From assembly GCF_011386835.1 (NCBI RefSeq), contig NC_088797.1, forward strand, positions 106,082,001 through 106,146,000: a stretch of 64,000 nt of DNA, read 5' to 3'. Under the pieces are notes generated by a model. It was not told the origin of the DNA, did no database searches, and worked only from the letters and a program-made list of their open reading frames with translations. Positions 1 through 13,056 of the stretch are shown here, in pieces. The position numbers and the translations under genes are program-made. The stretch's first letter is position 1; every line of letters begins with the position of its first letter. The DNA is from Chrysemys picta bellii. Its lineage: Eukaryota.

Positions 1-114
1 TGCTTCCCCGTCTCCCCTTCCTTCCCCCCCAATACCATCCAGAGGCTGTCGTGGATGCAAGAAAAGCCGCTGATGGCCGCATGCAGCCACTGTGGCTGCA
101 TTTGAGAAACGCTG
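1..114. mobile_element. Terminal part of a hAT (Charlie-like) non-autonomous DNA transposon, cut by the window start
   Basis: Ends in ...TTTGAGAAACGCTG (reverse complement CAGCGTTTCTCAAA, a typical hAT-Charlie TIR), followed by CTTTAGAT, which resembles the NTCTAGAN target. Confidence 0.6.
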
Positions 115-676
115 CTTTAGATCCTGTTTTAGAGGTCACTTATTTCACTGCATTTCAATAGGATACTGAAATTTTGAACAATCAAAACACAACACCCACA
201 GAGGATGGACTGTAATGCTGCCCCCAAAAGTCTGGGATTTTGAAAAGATGCAAAGTGCAGACAGACAAATGGGGATAGGGTAGGGTCAAATAAGGTAACA
301 GTAAAGTTGTTTGCATAGGCTACTACTCTCAGTGGTCAGAATAGTGGTCACTAACTTAATCACTGCCAGATGGCTGTGAGTCTCAGTTTCCCCTTCATTC
401 ATCCATAAAAAGGAGCATGGACAATCTCAGTGTCCAGTACAAAGTCCCACCTTCAGGCATAATTTATTCATATAAACCATTGCAGTAATTCCTCAGAACT
501 ATTGTAAGAAAGCCATTCTCACGTTATCACAGTAACACATATAAACAGTACAGTGGTTTTCCATTCCTCTCTCCAGGGACAGCACTTTCTTTTCACCCAC
601 TGTAGAGTCCACCTGCACTCTGTCCCCTGTTCCTTTTGCCCCTGTTCCAGGGCCCACTCTGCAGGCCTCCACATGA

Positions 677-893
677 TTGATTGATTAATTGATTGATTAG
701 ATTGATTAATGGAGATATCCCATCTCCTAGAACTGGAAGGGACCTTGAAAGGTCATCGAGTCCAGCCCCCTGCCTTCACTAGCAGGACCAAGTACCGATT
801 TTGCCCCAGATCTCCAAGTGGCCCCCTCAAGGATTGAACTCACAACTCTGGGTTTAGCAGGCCAATGCTCAAACCACTGAGCTATCCCTCCCC
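677..893 (-). mobile_element. Turtle tRNA-derived SINE (Cry / tortoise polIII SINE, CR1-type 3' end), full length
   Basis: Minus strand starts GGGGAGGGATAGCTCAGTGGTTTGAGCATTGGCCTGCTAAACCCAGAGTTGTGAGTTCAATCC (A and B boxes). It continues into a CR1-like tail (GATGACCTTTCAAGGTCCCTTCCAGTTCTAGGAG) and a (TCAA)n-like tail. Flanked by ACATGA direct repeats (671-676, 894-899). Confidence 0.9.
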
Positions 894-939
894 ACATGAG
901 AGTGACCAGTCTTATGACTCATTTACCACAGGCCCCAAG

Positions 940-1537
940 TCAAGTCTCCCATAACAGAACACCCACAATGTTTCATTACCAAGGCCTTCCTGCCTGTGAG
1001 TCCAACACCTGCTCAAGGAATGTCTCTTTGGGATCAATCCCTTGTTCCTGGTTCTACTACAGCCCTGACCCTTGCTCATCCTCCTGCCTGAGAGTTCTAC
1101 ACCTGTGGATCCACCCTCCAGCAACAACTCTCTTGTTTCTGGGCTGGGCTACCCCTGACCAAGCTGGATCTTTCCCTTTTTCTAAAAACCCAAGCCTTCT
1201 CAGACCTTGGCAGTGTTCCCAGCTTTGGACAGTTCCAGTCAACAGTTCTCTTCCAGCTTTCATCAGAACTCAGCTCTCTCTCCCAGGTCCCCGATAGCTT
1301 TCTTCCAAGCACCTCATGCCAAGTCTCTGCTGATCTACTGTCCCTGGGTCACTCTTTTCCTCCTCAGGCAGCTCTCACCTGCCCTTCCTGTGTCTGGGTC
1401 CTTTCAGGCTCTGACTCTCCCCCTCTCTTCCCCTCTAGGGCCCAGCTGCCCTCTTTCAATCCCAGCTGGGGATCAGCTAGCCAATCACAGGTGCACTGGT
1501 CTCTTCCCTCTTAAAGAGCTAGTGTCACCCTGTGACA
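940..1537. mobile_element. Probable solo-LTR remnant (Gypsy/ERV-like)
   Basis: GC-elevated block with CCAAT and TTAAA motifs, ending in CCCTGTGACA. The left end and TSD could not be identified. Confidence 0.35.
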
Positions 1538-1695
1538 AGAACAAATGCAATCCTTGGATGTATAAACAGGGAAATATCAAGTCCAACATTTAGACCAGTT
1601 CTAATCACTAAAGCACCATAAGCATTTATAAGGCCATACTGTCCTTTACACCACTCTAGCAATATAAAGGATCCTTAACTTTTTTACACCTGTTA

Positions 1696-2110
1696 TACTC
1701 CTGGGGGAATTCACTAAGAACAATGGGAACAATTCACTAAGCAGGCAAGCTCTACATTCTGCTCTGCCTAAGGGGACAGAGCCTTCCCCACAACTTCCTC
1801 TTCAGAAACACCCCAAAGCCCTGCCCATCCATGCCGAGTGTGCCGCAATAACAAGTGAGAGGGACAGAGAGTCTCTCTCTCACACGCATGACTGCCCACC
1901 CTCCCACCCCCGGCAGTGATTTATGTCTCTACCGGCTGCTCTGGGTGCCCAAACCAACTTGCCTGCATCGCCGGGGAGGGGGCGCCTGACCGTTCTTGGG
2001 GCTTCCCTTTGCTTCCCCATCAGAAGTCATTTTTCTGCAGGGAAGCAAATCAATCTGCAGGGGGCATGAATTCTGCGCAAAGGCAGTGACGCAGAATTCC
2101 CCCAGGAGTA
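1696..2110. mobile_element. MITE with perfect 17-bp TIRs
   Basis: TACTCCTGGGGGAATTC (1696-1712) and GAATTCCCCCAGGAGTA (2094-2110). The outer TA may be the TSD. Confidence 0.8.
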
Positions 2111-5100
2111 GCCCTAGTAAGTCACAGCCCTACTCTAGCTCCCTTGCTGGTCACTCACCAAGCCATTGTGTTTGGGTCCCACATGTGCTTTTAAGTTTTC
2201 CTGAGTCTGAGCAGAATCTAGGGGTAGGGTATTTCATCACAGAGCAGAACTCAGATATACATAACTCTCCTTTGTTAGGGCTCTTTCATTCAAGTGTCTT
2301 ATACGAGTCCCTTTAAATAACAATACTTTCCTCTTATCTGAAATTCAGTAATACCTAATCTAGAAGCTTTTTTCAAGCAGAGAGATAGAAATACAGTCCA
2401 CACACAACATTTTGCAGAAACAGTAAGTAAAATGTTTCCTCAAAACGGCAAGCAGCCTAAAACACCATTTTTCTCTTTTTTCATGTTTGAAGATACAAGA
2501 AAGGGAGATGAATAAAGAGACATTAAAGCCATTAATGGCCAAAGCCAAAGAATCTACAGTCCAGTTTCAAAACTGGTTACAGAAATCTTAAATGCTTCTC
2601 TCAGCCTGTAATCTGCGACAAAGTCTGAACGACCACTTACATAGTACGCTGAAGAATTTCTGGTATTTACGAACGTGGAAAAGGGTAGTCAGATTGTTTT
2701 ACATAGTGAAAAATAGGTGAGATGAATAAGGCTACATTTACAAATGTGAAAAAGCAAAATATCTGTCATCCACTAGGTATATTTTATAAACCTAGGTAAG
2801 AGCATTATTTTAAATTAAAATGCCAAAGGAAAAGAACACCATTTTAAATAAAATACAATATCCTCTGTTCAAAAATAGCTATCACATGATATAACAGCTT
2901 TTTACGGTAATAAAAAGGAATACTGCTAAAGTATTCTTTTTAATTTAACACCTCCGACTTGTTTAATTACCTGCTTCACACTCTTGCTTTTATAAGAAAC
3001 AAATACCCACACATTCTTGTTCCTAACACATACTGCGTCACAGAGAAAAATAATGAAACTTGGTATTTTGATATATGATGCTAACAACACTTCATTGGAT
3101 TGCTTTTAATAAAGAGCCTGATCCTGCAAGTCTTACTCTCACAAGTAATAAAATGGGACAAGTCACCTGAGTACTTGCACTATGGGGCACCAAAATTGTA
3201 ATCATTACATGAAACAACATATTTATGGAGGACAGGGTCTTTTCCCCCCAATCATTTTGTTTTACAAAGTTGCTGGGCCCATTTATAATGTCAACTTTCT
3301 GTGTAACATTCACATTTTTTTAAACACGTTTTGTGCAAAACATTTTCATATCAATATTTATTTGGAGCTAGATTTTGGTATGTAGCTAGTCCTTAGAAGT
3401 GGGCGCTGTTGAGCTGCACACCCCTAGGAGATCTCTGGGACTGACTTTGCCTCAGGATGCAAAATACCGCCTGGAGCAGGGACAGCGCACATGGTAGAGC
3501 GCTACCCCCTCTCTGCACTCTACCAGCTAGGTGAATTGGTGAGGAAGGGACTGGACCAAGTACTTGGTTCTACTCAAGCCATTTGGAGAGATTTGCATTC
3601 CAAGAAGTGCATGGAGGGACCAGTCCCTGCTCTCCTGCAAGCATTTGGATTTCAATTGCCCTCGGCCTTGGTGTAAGGATGGGAACAGCCCCTAAGGGTG
3701 CTCATCCTAAGAATGTTAAGCTAGTCACCTCTGTGGCCCATTCAAACTTTAGCTACCACATACATTTACATTTGCTACTTTTTACTTCAAGGATGCTAGA
3801 CCACCCTGCATCACACAATTATTTCATCTGCAGAAATATAAGAGTACAGAGTAAGAACAGTTCAAATTAAATATAAATCAAGAAGGGAATATATAGTTAC
3901 TTAGACAACAACTATCATTTGGAGCTTCCCAGTGTTTCCATAGTGAACTCCTTTCTAGACTTGGCTTTAAAAAAAAAAATCACATCAGGTGAAACGTGTC
4001 TCAGTTGTTAACCTGAAGGTTGGGACAGAATTGATTCCCACGCCAATGGAATTGTCAGCTGTTCTGTTAAGATAGCTGACCAACCCCTTTATTCTGAATT
4101 GAGTGGTGGCCTGGGTCTGGATCCTTATTTGTAAAATTAATGACAGCACCCGATAACTTCATATGACACAGGAGTGGATTTCTCTCATCTAAAGGAAAAC
4201 ACAGACATGCAAGTGAGAAATGTGAGATTGGTAGGGATAGTTGTTGCCGGGTTCAAGTGATGCAGAAGTCTAGGGCTTTGTCTTTGTTCAATGTGGTTTT
4301 TTTCCCTATTGCTTGTCCACAGTTATTTCTATATATAATTTTGAACTGCCACATAAAACACTGTCAAAAAGGTTATGTTTGTTTCCATGCTATGCCTTCT
4401 GGCACAAACCTATAACAGTAAGGAAATTTACAGTTAGGTGCTGCAAGATAAGAGACCTCCATGCACACAAGAAGTCACCATCTCCTCTTTAGTCACCATT
4501 CAAAACACCTCAGTCAGCTACAGCTTACTCCACAGCAAACTCACGTTAACTACCACCACCACATTTGTGTTCCTTCCACTCACAAACACCAACTTTCTTT
4601 GCATTAATATTTTCACAACATGTTCGCTTGTGAAATATGTGCAGTAGAGAGAGGAGGGAGCCACACATATGGGGTAATATACTATGAGCATCCCAGAGCT
4701 GAGCAAGAAATGGTCTGACTACATTTGCCTACCTGGAAGGAGGAAAGACTCATTATTTCAGCAATTTGAGAGCAAAGTTGTGCTAAAGTATCCTATGGAT
4801 GAAGAGCTCAGGAACAGCCACAGGGACTCCCAACACCTGCGCAAATGGCAGCAGGCAGAGGGTGAAGAGTGCAAGTGGAGCCCCAGAGACACCCCTGCAA
4901 TGCCCTTCACAAATGCAAAACATCAGGGCATTCAAGTCTCTATTTGAACAAAGGATGTTCCGAGTGGGTTCTGGGAGACTCCCATCTCTATGTGGGGCAG
5001 CTGCCCATAAGGAAGAGGAGCCATTGGAGAACCAAGGGTTTTTTGGTTTGTTTTTTAAGGGAACTAACACTGCTAGGAAGAGGGATCATTGGGGATTATT

Positions 5101-8100
5101 TAAACAGAATTAGGGGAAAACAGGCAGTGAATTCAGGATCACTTTGGGGGTGGGCTGAGGCCAATGGAAAGTGTTAGTGAGCATGAAGGGTTATATAGTT
5201 ACACAGAGAGTATCAGAAATTAAAATTTACAAGTGTTTACAGTAAGCCGATCCAATTTTGCACATAGCTAGCTTATGTCACTACATGACTGTTTAACTAT
5301 TACCCTCGTTTTTTCCACATAGCAAGATTGTCTGCTCTTCAGGCAAAGCCTGTTTGTTCAGCACTTAGCACAATGAGGCCCAGTTCTATCTGGGTCTTTT
5401 GGACACTCCCATACTATAAATAATAATTTTAAGGCACACAACCCTAACTTTGGCTTCGCCTGACTTCTGAGTGCTCAGTCTTTTCTTACAGTTTTAGGTC
5501 TTTTTAAAAATGGAGTATGTGTACATTCCAAATCATTTCATTTATTAGTGATGGACTAAGTGGACTAAGACTTAAGTGGCATCAGACCTAAGAGCATGAA
5601 CACCTCTTAAATATGAAATAAATGTTCATTTTCATTTGTAATTACTTAAAGTGCTTTCTAAGTAAGGGCTAGAGGTCAACAAAACAGTACCTAGAAGAAA
5701 CAACGAACTCTTGGGTATACGCCAACAAGGACACAAGAAAGGCAACAAGTGTGAAAAAGGTATTCTGGAAAAACATGGATCTGATGGTGAAAAACAGGAG
5801 CAAGAATGTAAAATAATCTGTTAAAATACTCAGTGGAGAAGAGTGCTGTGTAAAGTACTATAGGCATCATTTATTTTTCTGATTAAATTGATGAGATTGG
5901 TTTTGTACATGTAACATATTACCGCCTACTCTGACATTGAGTATAGTATAAACAGATAAGCACGCATAATGCTAATTTGGGAATCCTTCAAAACTTAAGA
6001 CAGTAATCTCTACAAGCATAGTCTGCCAATTCTTGTGAAGACTGTGCTATTAGTCATTTTCATTTGCTGGCAGCATGGAAGGGAGCTTTCTGTTCTTCAG
6101 TGTAATACACTTGTTTCACCATTTCAGCAGATGCTGGAAGAGAACAAAAGCCCTTCAGGGCACTCTCAGGGAATGTGGTGGTCCAGGCAGAGCAATTGGT
6201 CTGGCACAAAAATTGGATACGAGGAGCCAAGCAAAGTGAAATTAAGCAATAAGGCATAACAGGGTATATGTCACAGCAGGATATCACCACACCTCGGGTG
6301 CATTATGGAGCATGAGTGCCTTTAAGCTGCCAGAGGTATGACAGCATCGTATGGATGACACATGCCCTGAAGTGCCTTAATGAAATATACACACTTTGCT
6401 TCATCTCAAATACATATACCGTTAAAAAAACGTGCATTCACATTGTTACAGTTTGGGTCTGTCTCTATTTTACACACGGCTATGAAGCTTAAAACTTTCA
6501 CTTAAGAAGAAATGGTAGACCGGACTCTTAAACACATCCAACATTTTGTGTTTTAATAAAACTGAAATCAAATACATCTAACTCAGCCGATGGATTTTCA
6601 CTCAAACTCACAGGAAGTGAGACCCGAACTTCAGGATCCCCTGCAGATGACCTGGTATTCTGTTGTGTAACATCCAAAGCAAACATTAGGGATGCACAAT
6701 CTAGTTCTGAAACTAGGAAACAGAGGGAGCTCTAAGAATTAGAGAACAAAGTTGGAAGTGAATCTTCCACTAAAGAATCCATTTTTAACCTAAATGCCAT
6801 ATGCTAAGGGCTCCTCTCACCTATAATAATATTAAATATAATGTGAATCAAAGAGGGACAAAAATAAAGAAAAATATTTCAATCCTTCTACTCTATCTAG
6901 AATATATGGGCTTCTTTTTCAGTTAGACCATGTGTCAACCAAAAAAAATTGCATAAAGATGAACTAATAACAAATGTGTTGGTTTATCTTATGCTACTTC
7001 CTCAGGTGCAACTAGTCACATATTGTTTTAATATCAATATTTTGGTACTGGAAAAAATAACCTCCAAAAAAAGAAATTGATTTTTCAGTAATCATTCTGA
7101 TTTCACTTAATTAGTTTTATCCATATAACGTAATAGCACATGGAAAGCTTACTGGATTCTCAAATAACATTTCAGATTTGTCCTATAGCTTTAAGAGAGA
7201 CATTTCTGAATTTTCTTTCTAAAAATAGTTATGTTCTCAACTGAATACAGAGGTGCTGAAACAATTTTTATAGTGGGGGTACTGATGACGGAAACCATGT
7301 ATTTGGTGTTTCTTACTACTATTTCAGCCAGTGGGTGCAGCAGCACCCCCAGCACCCTTAATTCTAGCACCAGTGTATATATGGAAGTTTGGAAAAAAAA
7401 CCTGGCAGAAATATACAAAATGTTGTATTTAGTTTTATTCCACTTAGGATCCTGTTAAAAGAATCAGTGAACACAAGACTCTTTGGATGATGACTCAAAA
7501 AGTCATCTTCGAGAAGAACTCAAAGTAAAAATAACAGACTTGTATAATAATGTGATCTAATCTTACTTTTGCTGAATAGATCTGTCCTGATTGAAGCTGG
7601 TATGTATTTTTAAGTTGACTCTGCATAACCAGTATGTCATATTTTTCTCTTAAAAATAATTTCTGAACTACAAAAAAAATGTTAAGAATGGAAGGCAAAT
7701 ATTTCCTTGAAGATTCTTCTTGCTCTTCAATTTACAAACTGTGAGCTGGCTCTTAATTTGCTCATTATCATTTTGGCAGAATAAGCATTACAGAGCCAGT
7801 AAAATGTATTGAAGAAGGCGAACAGCAGTGCAAACTGTTAGCACTGCAGCTCTCCCAGCAGTGAAGTCACAAGAACTACCCTGTGAATTAAGAAACCAGG
7901 GGGGTGCATGGGAAGTTCCCTGGACTGAACAATACTATAATCTTATAAACCACTTTACAATTGTCATGCTTCAGAGGATGCATTTAGTATTAAAAATGTC
8001 TTGAAGAGATTGGATCTTCCATCACTCTTGGAGGAAGATAACCAGCTAATGAACGAACAAGGATATTTCCAGCTTCAACTCTTAGATTGTCCTGGTTAGT

Positions 8101-8245
8101 TAATGCTTTGCAAGAAGGCAAAAACACCAGCCTGTGTGGCTTAGAAATACAATCTGATTTTTTATTTTATGTTATTTACTTGCTTTGTAAAATTTTGGAA
8201 ACTTTTATAAAGGATAGCAAGTTGGAGCCTTGTTATGCCTTTACT

Positions 8246-8359
8246 CATAGGTGCTGGAACTAAGGGTGCTGCCACAACCTGGCTTGAAGTGGTTTCCATT
8301 ATACACTGGGTTCAATGGCTCTCAGCACCCCCACTATACAAATTGGTCCAGCACCCCTG
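8246..8359. mobile_element. Short hAT MITE
   Basis: TIRs CATAGGTGCTGGAAC and GGTCCAGCACCCCTG. 8-bp TSD CCTTTACT/TCTTTACT (7 of 8 match). Confidence 0.75.
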
Positions 8360-9978
8360 TCTTTACTACCAAAAAAAGAAGAGAGATGCTTCTCAATGTC
8401 CAATATTCTTTTTAAATTCTGATTTCAAAATAATATCCAATTTATCAATTAAAAGTAATCCCATGGTATACAATAGGTTGAAATAGCTAAAAACAATACA
8501 TGCACATTCAGAAAGCATTAATTACTAATGAATGGTGAAGCTATGCATATTAGTCTAATGATAGTGCTCTACACTGATATTTTTGAGGCCCACAAATTTC
8601 TGAGACTTCCTCCATCAGACAGGAGTCAGTGGGCCCAGCCTCTTTCTCCAGGTGTCTCCATTTGGACCTGCCATTAAAAACCCCCCAAAGCTTTCCAAAA
8701 TATACGGTGGCACCAGTACTGTATAATAATTAAATTTGACAACTGCAAGTCTTACAAAATTAATGATCATCTTTATGTTTACCCACTTCAAGCAATGACT
8801 CAAGAAACAAAGTAATACAGTCAGGATTAATCAGTAAAGCAATAGTACTCTTTTTTTTTTTTTTTTTTACATTTCATCTGTACTGGCAAGCTCAACTTCA
8901 CTGATTAAAGAGGTCATTGTAGAACTTCTGTAGCAAATCAGAGAACTAGGAAATAGATAAGATGGAAAACAGATCCATTACGACTAATGGTTTCCTAGGG
9001 TGCCAAGAAAAGCACTTGTCCCTAAATACTCTCATATAATGTCATTATCAATATAATACCAATGTCAAGCACAAACCAGCTCTAATACAGAATGGTTCAG
9101 ATAAAATAACCCACTGTGTAAGATCTACTGTTTCTCCCTTACTGAGGAAATACATCCAACTGAAAAGAGCATTCTGTCAAAGTATTGTCCTGTGAGGTAC
9201 AGGTACAGACTACAGAGTAAGAAAAATAATTGTATTTTAAAACATAACTGGAATGTTCAATTTAATTTAAGTTCTAGTTAATTTGACAGGTACTGTATCA
9301 AGTAAAAACATCCTGCAAGGCCTTTATTGAAAAGGTCAAAGCACTATACATCTAGCTTCAAAGGACAACAGAACTCCCTTCCATTTACAGAAATGTAGCC
9401 CTTTGATACTTAATGTAGCTTATCAATATCCATTCATGCTTTGTATAATAAGAGAAAATTAAGGTTTTAAGTGCTTAAGTCATTTTTGAAAAGCATCTCC
9501 CAACTCACTTATGCCCTTCTGAAAATTATATTCTGATCTGTAAATAATTAGAGTTTCTCCCTTTGAGTATATGGAAAAAAAATAATATTCAGGAAAAATA
9601 TGGAATGGCTAACATTGATATATCCTATCTCATTCTCACTTGAAAATGATCCCATACCTTTCAGTATGCACAGTTTCTTAACAGGACAACTTTAGCAAAG
9701 GAGTAAACGTAGTATGATGTAAGACATATAACAAGACAGCAATACTGATGTCACTTTCCTTTAGCCAAAGCTGCTCTACTGTCCAGACTCAAAACAAATC
9801 TAATAAGTGTTACTACTTCACATCAACAAGTAGACTATATGTTGTAAATGAACTGTACCTCAGTTATCTATTTAAGCTTTCATGTTGTCTTTACACCCAG
9901 TTATCTCCTTGAATAGTGCATTACCAAAAATTCTTGGTAAAGTGGCTCCTAATTTTGAAGTCTCTCCTTTTTATATTT

Positions 9979-10004
9979 ATAAATAAATAAATAAATAAAT
10001 AAAT
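9979..10004. repeat. (ATAA)n microsatellite
   Basis: Direct reading. Confidence 0.9.
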
Positions 10005-11144
10005 CAGAAATTACTTGTTGACTCTGAATTTCTGACAGTTTCCTTTCCAAAAATGTCCACACACCCTGCATGAATTTCCACTATTCTGACAACTACTGAT
10101 CCATCAATAACCAGTTCATGACAGTCTTCCCTGACTCTTCCTATATGATTACAGAATATGATAGCGGAGATCTAGAAACCTAACTGAAACAGACAAAGCA
10201 GATCTCTCTAAAGATGAGAGTTAGAACTGAACTTTACACTGAAAACCAATTTGATACACTATATTAGCATCTGCAACTATTTATAATTTCAGAAGGTTGT
10301 TTTCATTCATTCATAGAAAACCAATTGTGTTCAAACATTGCAGAGCAAATGTTTACCAATAAAACAAATGTTTAATATTTTAAAAGTAGTTTTCATTTGG
10401 CTTTGGTTTGTCAACAGGCATAATTCACTAAAGCAATTTAAGTGAGTACTGTACTATAAGCTTTAAGGTAAAGATAAGCTTGTTTTGTTCAGAATGAGAC
10501 ATTCAGAATGAGACATTGTGTTGCAAAGTTTCCACAATGATGACAGATACACACACAGTAGACATTGCTCTCAAATTACATTACAGTTTGACAGATGCTG
10601 ATATGACAACCATGTAGTAACACACACCCTTTATTTCACTGACAGTTTCAAACAACCAAAATAAAGCAAGATGTACAAACTATGCTTGCTACTACAAAAT
10701 ACCAGAGAACAAAATTAATTTCTGAAATGGGTGCATTTGTTGATGGTACTACTGTACATTGCTGAACTGTATTGTTCAAGGGTATTTCTTTCCCTAGTTT
10801 GATTTCTTTTAGATGAGGAAGAGGGGAAGAGGATAGGAAGAACGTAGGATAAAATGCAGATTGCACAGGAGACCTTGACAATGATCTTGGAGGTAATTTA
10901 TTCATTCAGTTTTGTAGAATGTTTATAGATTTTTGGTTTTGTGTGTAAAATATAGAGTACATTTGATTACATTTCTTATACACATGAAGTACCATTTAAC
11001 AACAAAATGAAGTATCAGTATGTTGAATGCTCCCCAAGATAAACAGACAGCCCTCAAGCTCAAGAGCAAGAGTTGTATATGTTTAGCAGACTCTTCTCTC
11101 TTTCTTTTATTTTTGTGGGGTTTTTGTTTTTTAAACCGAAACAA

Positions 11145-11458
11145 AAAGCTCATGAAAGTGCTGGACTGTCAGCAATGGGAAAATGAACAACTCCATTTAT
11201 CTGCAGAACAGATACAGCACTGGCAGTAACAGGGAAACTTTTTGCCTATCGTTTTGCCAATGTGACCTCACCTACAGGAACAATGTGTAGGCATGAGAGG
11301 CTTCAGTCTTCCTGATTCATTCCTATCTTTTTTTCTCAGTGGTAAGACTGCCAACAGGGATACAATTGATTCCAACTGTGGCGGTGGGTTTCGTGATGTG
11401 GACATCTGCCCACAAGAAGTAGGATTCACACCACCAAAATTATTTTACATGGGCAACT
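11145..11458 (-). mobile_element. LF-SINE body, 5'-truncated, minus strand
   Basis: Reverse complement contains GTGGGCAGATGTCCACATCACGAAACCCACC...CTGTTGGCAGTCT...GTGCTGTATCTGTTCTGCAGATAAAT...CACTTTCATGAGC. These blocks are colinear with the LF-SINE consensus as I recall it (GTGGACAGGTGTCCACATCACAAAACC...TTGTTGGCAGTCT...TGCTGTACCTGTTCTGTGGATAAAT...CACCTTTCACGAGC). Confidence 0.75.
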
Positions 11459-11461
11459 AAA

Positions 11462-11755
11462 CCTCCATGACTATTGGTGTGGACCAAATTCTTAGTAGAG
11501 ATGAATTTATCACAAGCTCTGCCATCACAACTGGGCGCCACCACTGCCAACAGAAAGTTCAAGGATTAAATGAATACTGAGATTGAACTATCCTTTCATC
11601 TACAGAAATGGTCCTTCCCGGTCAGGGTTGTGATTTGTGTGTAGAATAATGTAGGAAAACTGGCACTAGAAATGACAATACAATGCCTGTTTTGTGGAAA
11701 ATGGACTTCAGTTTCTAGGGCTATCAGCTGTGCACTTATCACAAACACTGCAGAT
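11462..11755 (+). mobile_element. LF-SINE body, 5'-truncated, plus strand
   Basis: Contains CAAGGATTAAATGAATACTGAGATTGAACTATCC...GGTCCTTCCCGGTCAGGGTTG...GGACTTCAGTTTCTAGGGCTATCA, matching recalled LF-SINE blocks CAAGGACTGAATGG...GAGACTGAACTACCC...GGTCCCTCCAGGTCAGGGTTG...GGACTTCAGTCTCCAGGGCTGTCA. Confidence 0.75.
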
Positions 11756-11844
11756 TAGATCACTAGCCTCTGATTTCTGGAGTGAAAAATCCAAGTTCAA
11801 ATCTGTCCCAGAGCACAAGTGATTTTGATGATCAAGGAACAAAA

Positions 11845-12327
11845 GGAAATTTAATAGGCAGCACTTGTTTAAAACAAACAAAAGGAAGCACTTCTTAACA
11901 GGGCTTTGGAGCGGAGCCCGGAGCTGGAGCAGCTCCAGGTTTTTGCCTGGAGCTGGAGCGGAGCCGGAGCACAGCTCCAAAGCCCTGCTTCTTAACACAA
12001 CAAACAGTCTACCTGGAACTCGTTGCCAGGGGATGTTGTGAAGCCAAAACTAAAACTGGGTTAAAAAAAGAATTGGGCAAGTTCATGGAGGATAGGTTCA
12101 TCAATGGCTATTAGCCAAGAATGGTCAGTGATGCAACCCCATGTTCTAGGTGCCCCTAGCCTCTGACTGCCAGAAGCAGGGAGTGGACTAGAGGGGATGG
12201 ATCACTAGATAATTGCCCTGTTCTGTTCACTCCCTCTGAAGCACCAGGCATTGGCGACTGTCATAAGACAGGATAGTGGGCGAGAGGGACCATTGTTCTG
12301 TCTCAGTATAGCCATTCTTATGTTCTT
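11845..12327 (+). mobile_element. CR1 LINE 3' fragment (end of ORF2 plus 3'UTR), interrupted by a MITE
   Basis: AAACAAACAAAAGGAAG...GGGGATGGATCAC...CTGTTCTGTTCACTCCCTCTGAAGCACC...GCCATTCTTATGTTCTTAT tail. Confidence 0.85.
11899..11987. mobile_element. 89-bp hAT MITE nested in CR1
   Basis: Perfect 14-bp TIRs CAGGGCTTTGGAGC and GCTCCAAAGCCCTG. Perfect 8-bp TSD CTTCTTAA (11891-11898, 11988-11995). Confidence 0.92.
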
Positions 12328-12941
12328 ATCTCCTACTCCCCATTTCTGAACATCACAGGAAAGCCACCCAACATTTTGGCCTTATTCAATATAACTGGCA
12401 GTCTATCTCAGGGAGTCTCGTGTCTGAAACCTAGAATTCACTGATAGCGTACTGGAAGGAAGCTAGTACTACAATTGCTCTATAACTAACACTATGCCTA
12501 CACTTGGGCTCAGACTAGTAATATTAGATCCTCACTTGCATGACTACTACATTCTGTCAAAACATCCACATACATAAACCTTAAAATAAACATAACTTAA
12601 AAGCATCTATAATATCTTAAATAGCATAATTCCAAATCAACTTCTGATAACAATGGCAGAATTCCAAGAAATGTTTTCTTTAAAGTTATTTTGGTTCATC
12701 TTTATTTTCTAAGCAATTTAAAAAGGAACACATTTAGTAACAAATGTTCAGTGCCAAGTGCAGAATTATCTGTCATATAAAGCAAGTGTCTTGCACAGAA
12801 ACTTCCTCAGGTGAAAAGCTGACGAATGTAAATGTAGCTAGATACAATTCTAACTCAGTACAAGATCAAGAAATAGTTTTAAACTGAAGATGTCTAATAA
12901 AAGTACTATGAAGACATATGCTAAAGAAAAAAAATGATAAG

Positions 12942-13056
12942 GCCCTGATCCTGCATGGACTTATGCATTTGCTTAACACACATGGAGTAGCACTGCTGAC
13001 TTCAGTGGGACTTCTCAGAGTGCATAAAAATAAATCTTTGCAGGACTGCAGCCGAA
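12942..13056. repeat. Old short palindromic element (GGCCCTGATCCTGCA...TGCAGGACTGCAGCC); related decayed copies near 3115, 22520, 41700, 45320, 54245, 55085 and 59055
   Basis: Imperfect terminal inverted repeat around an AT-rich core. Similar motifs recur across the window. Confidence 0.5.

Noticed and set aside
800-893. tRNA gene
   Set aside because: The tRNA-like sequence is the head of the SINE and is fused to a CR1-derived tail.
3470-3490. REST/NRSE site (GGACAGCGC)
   Set aside because: Only the right half-site is present. The TCAGCACC left half is absent.
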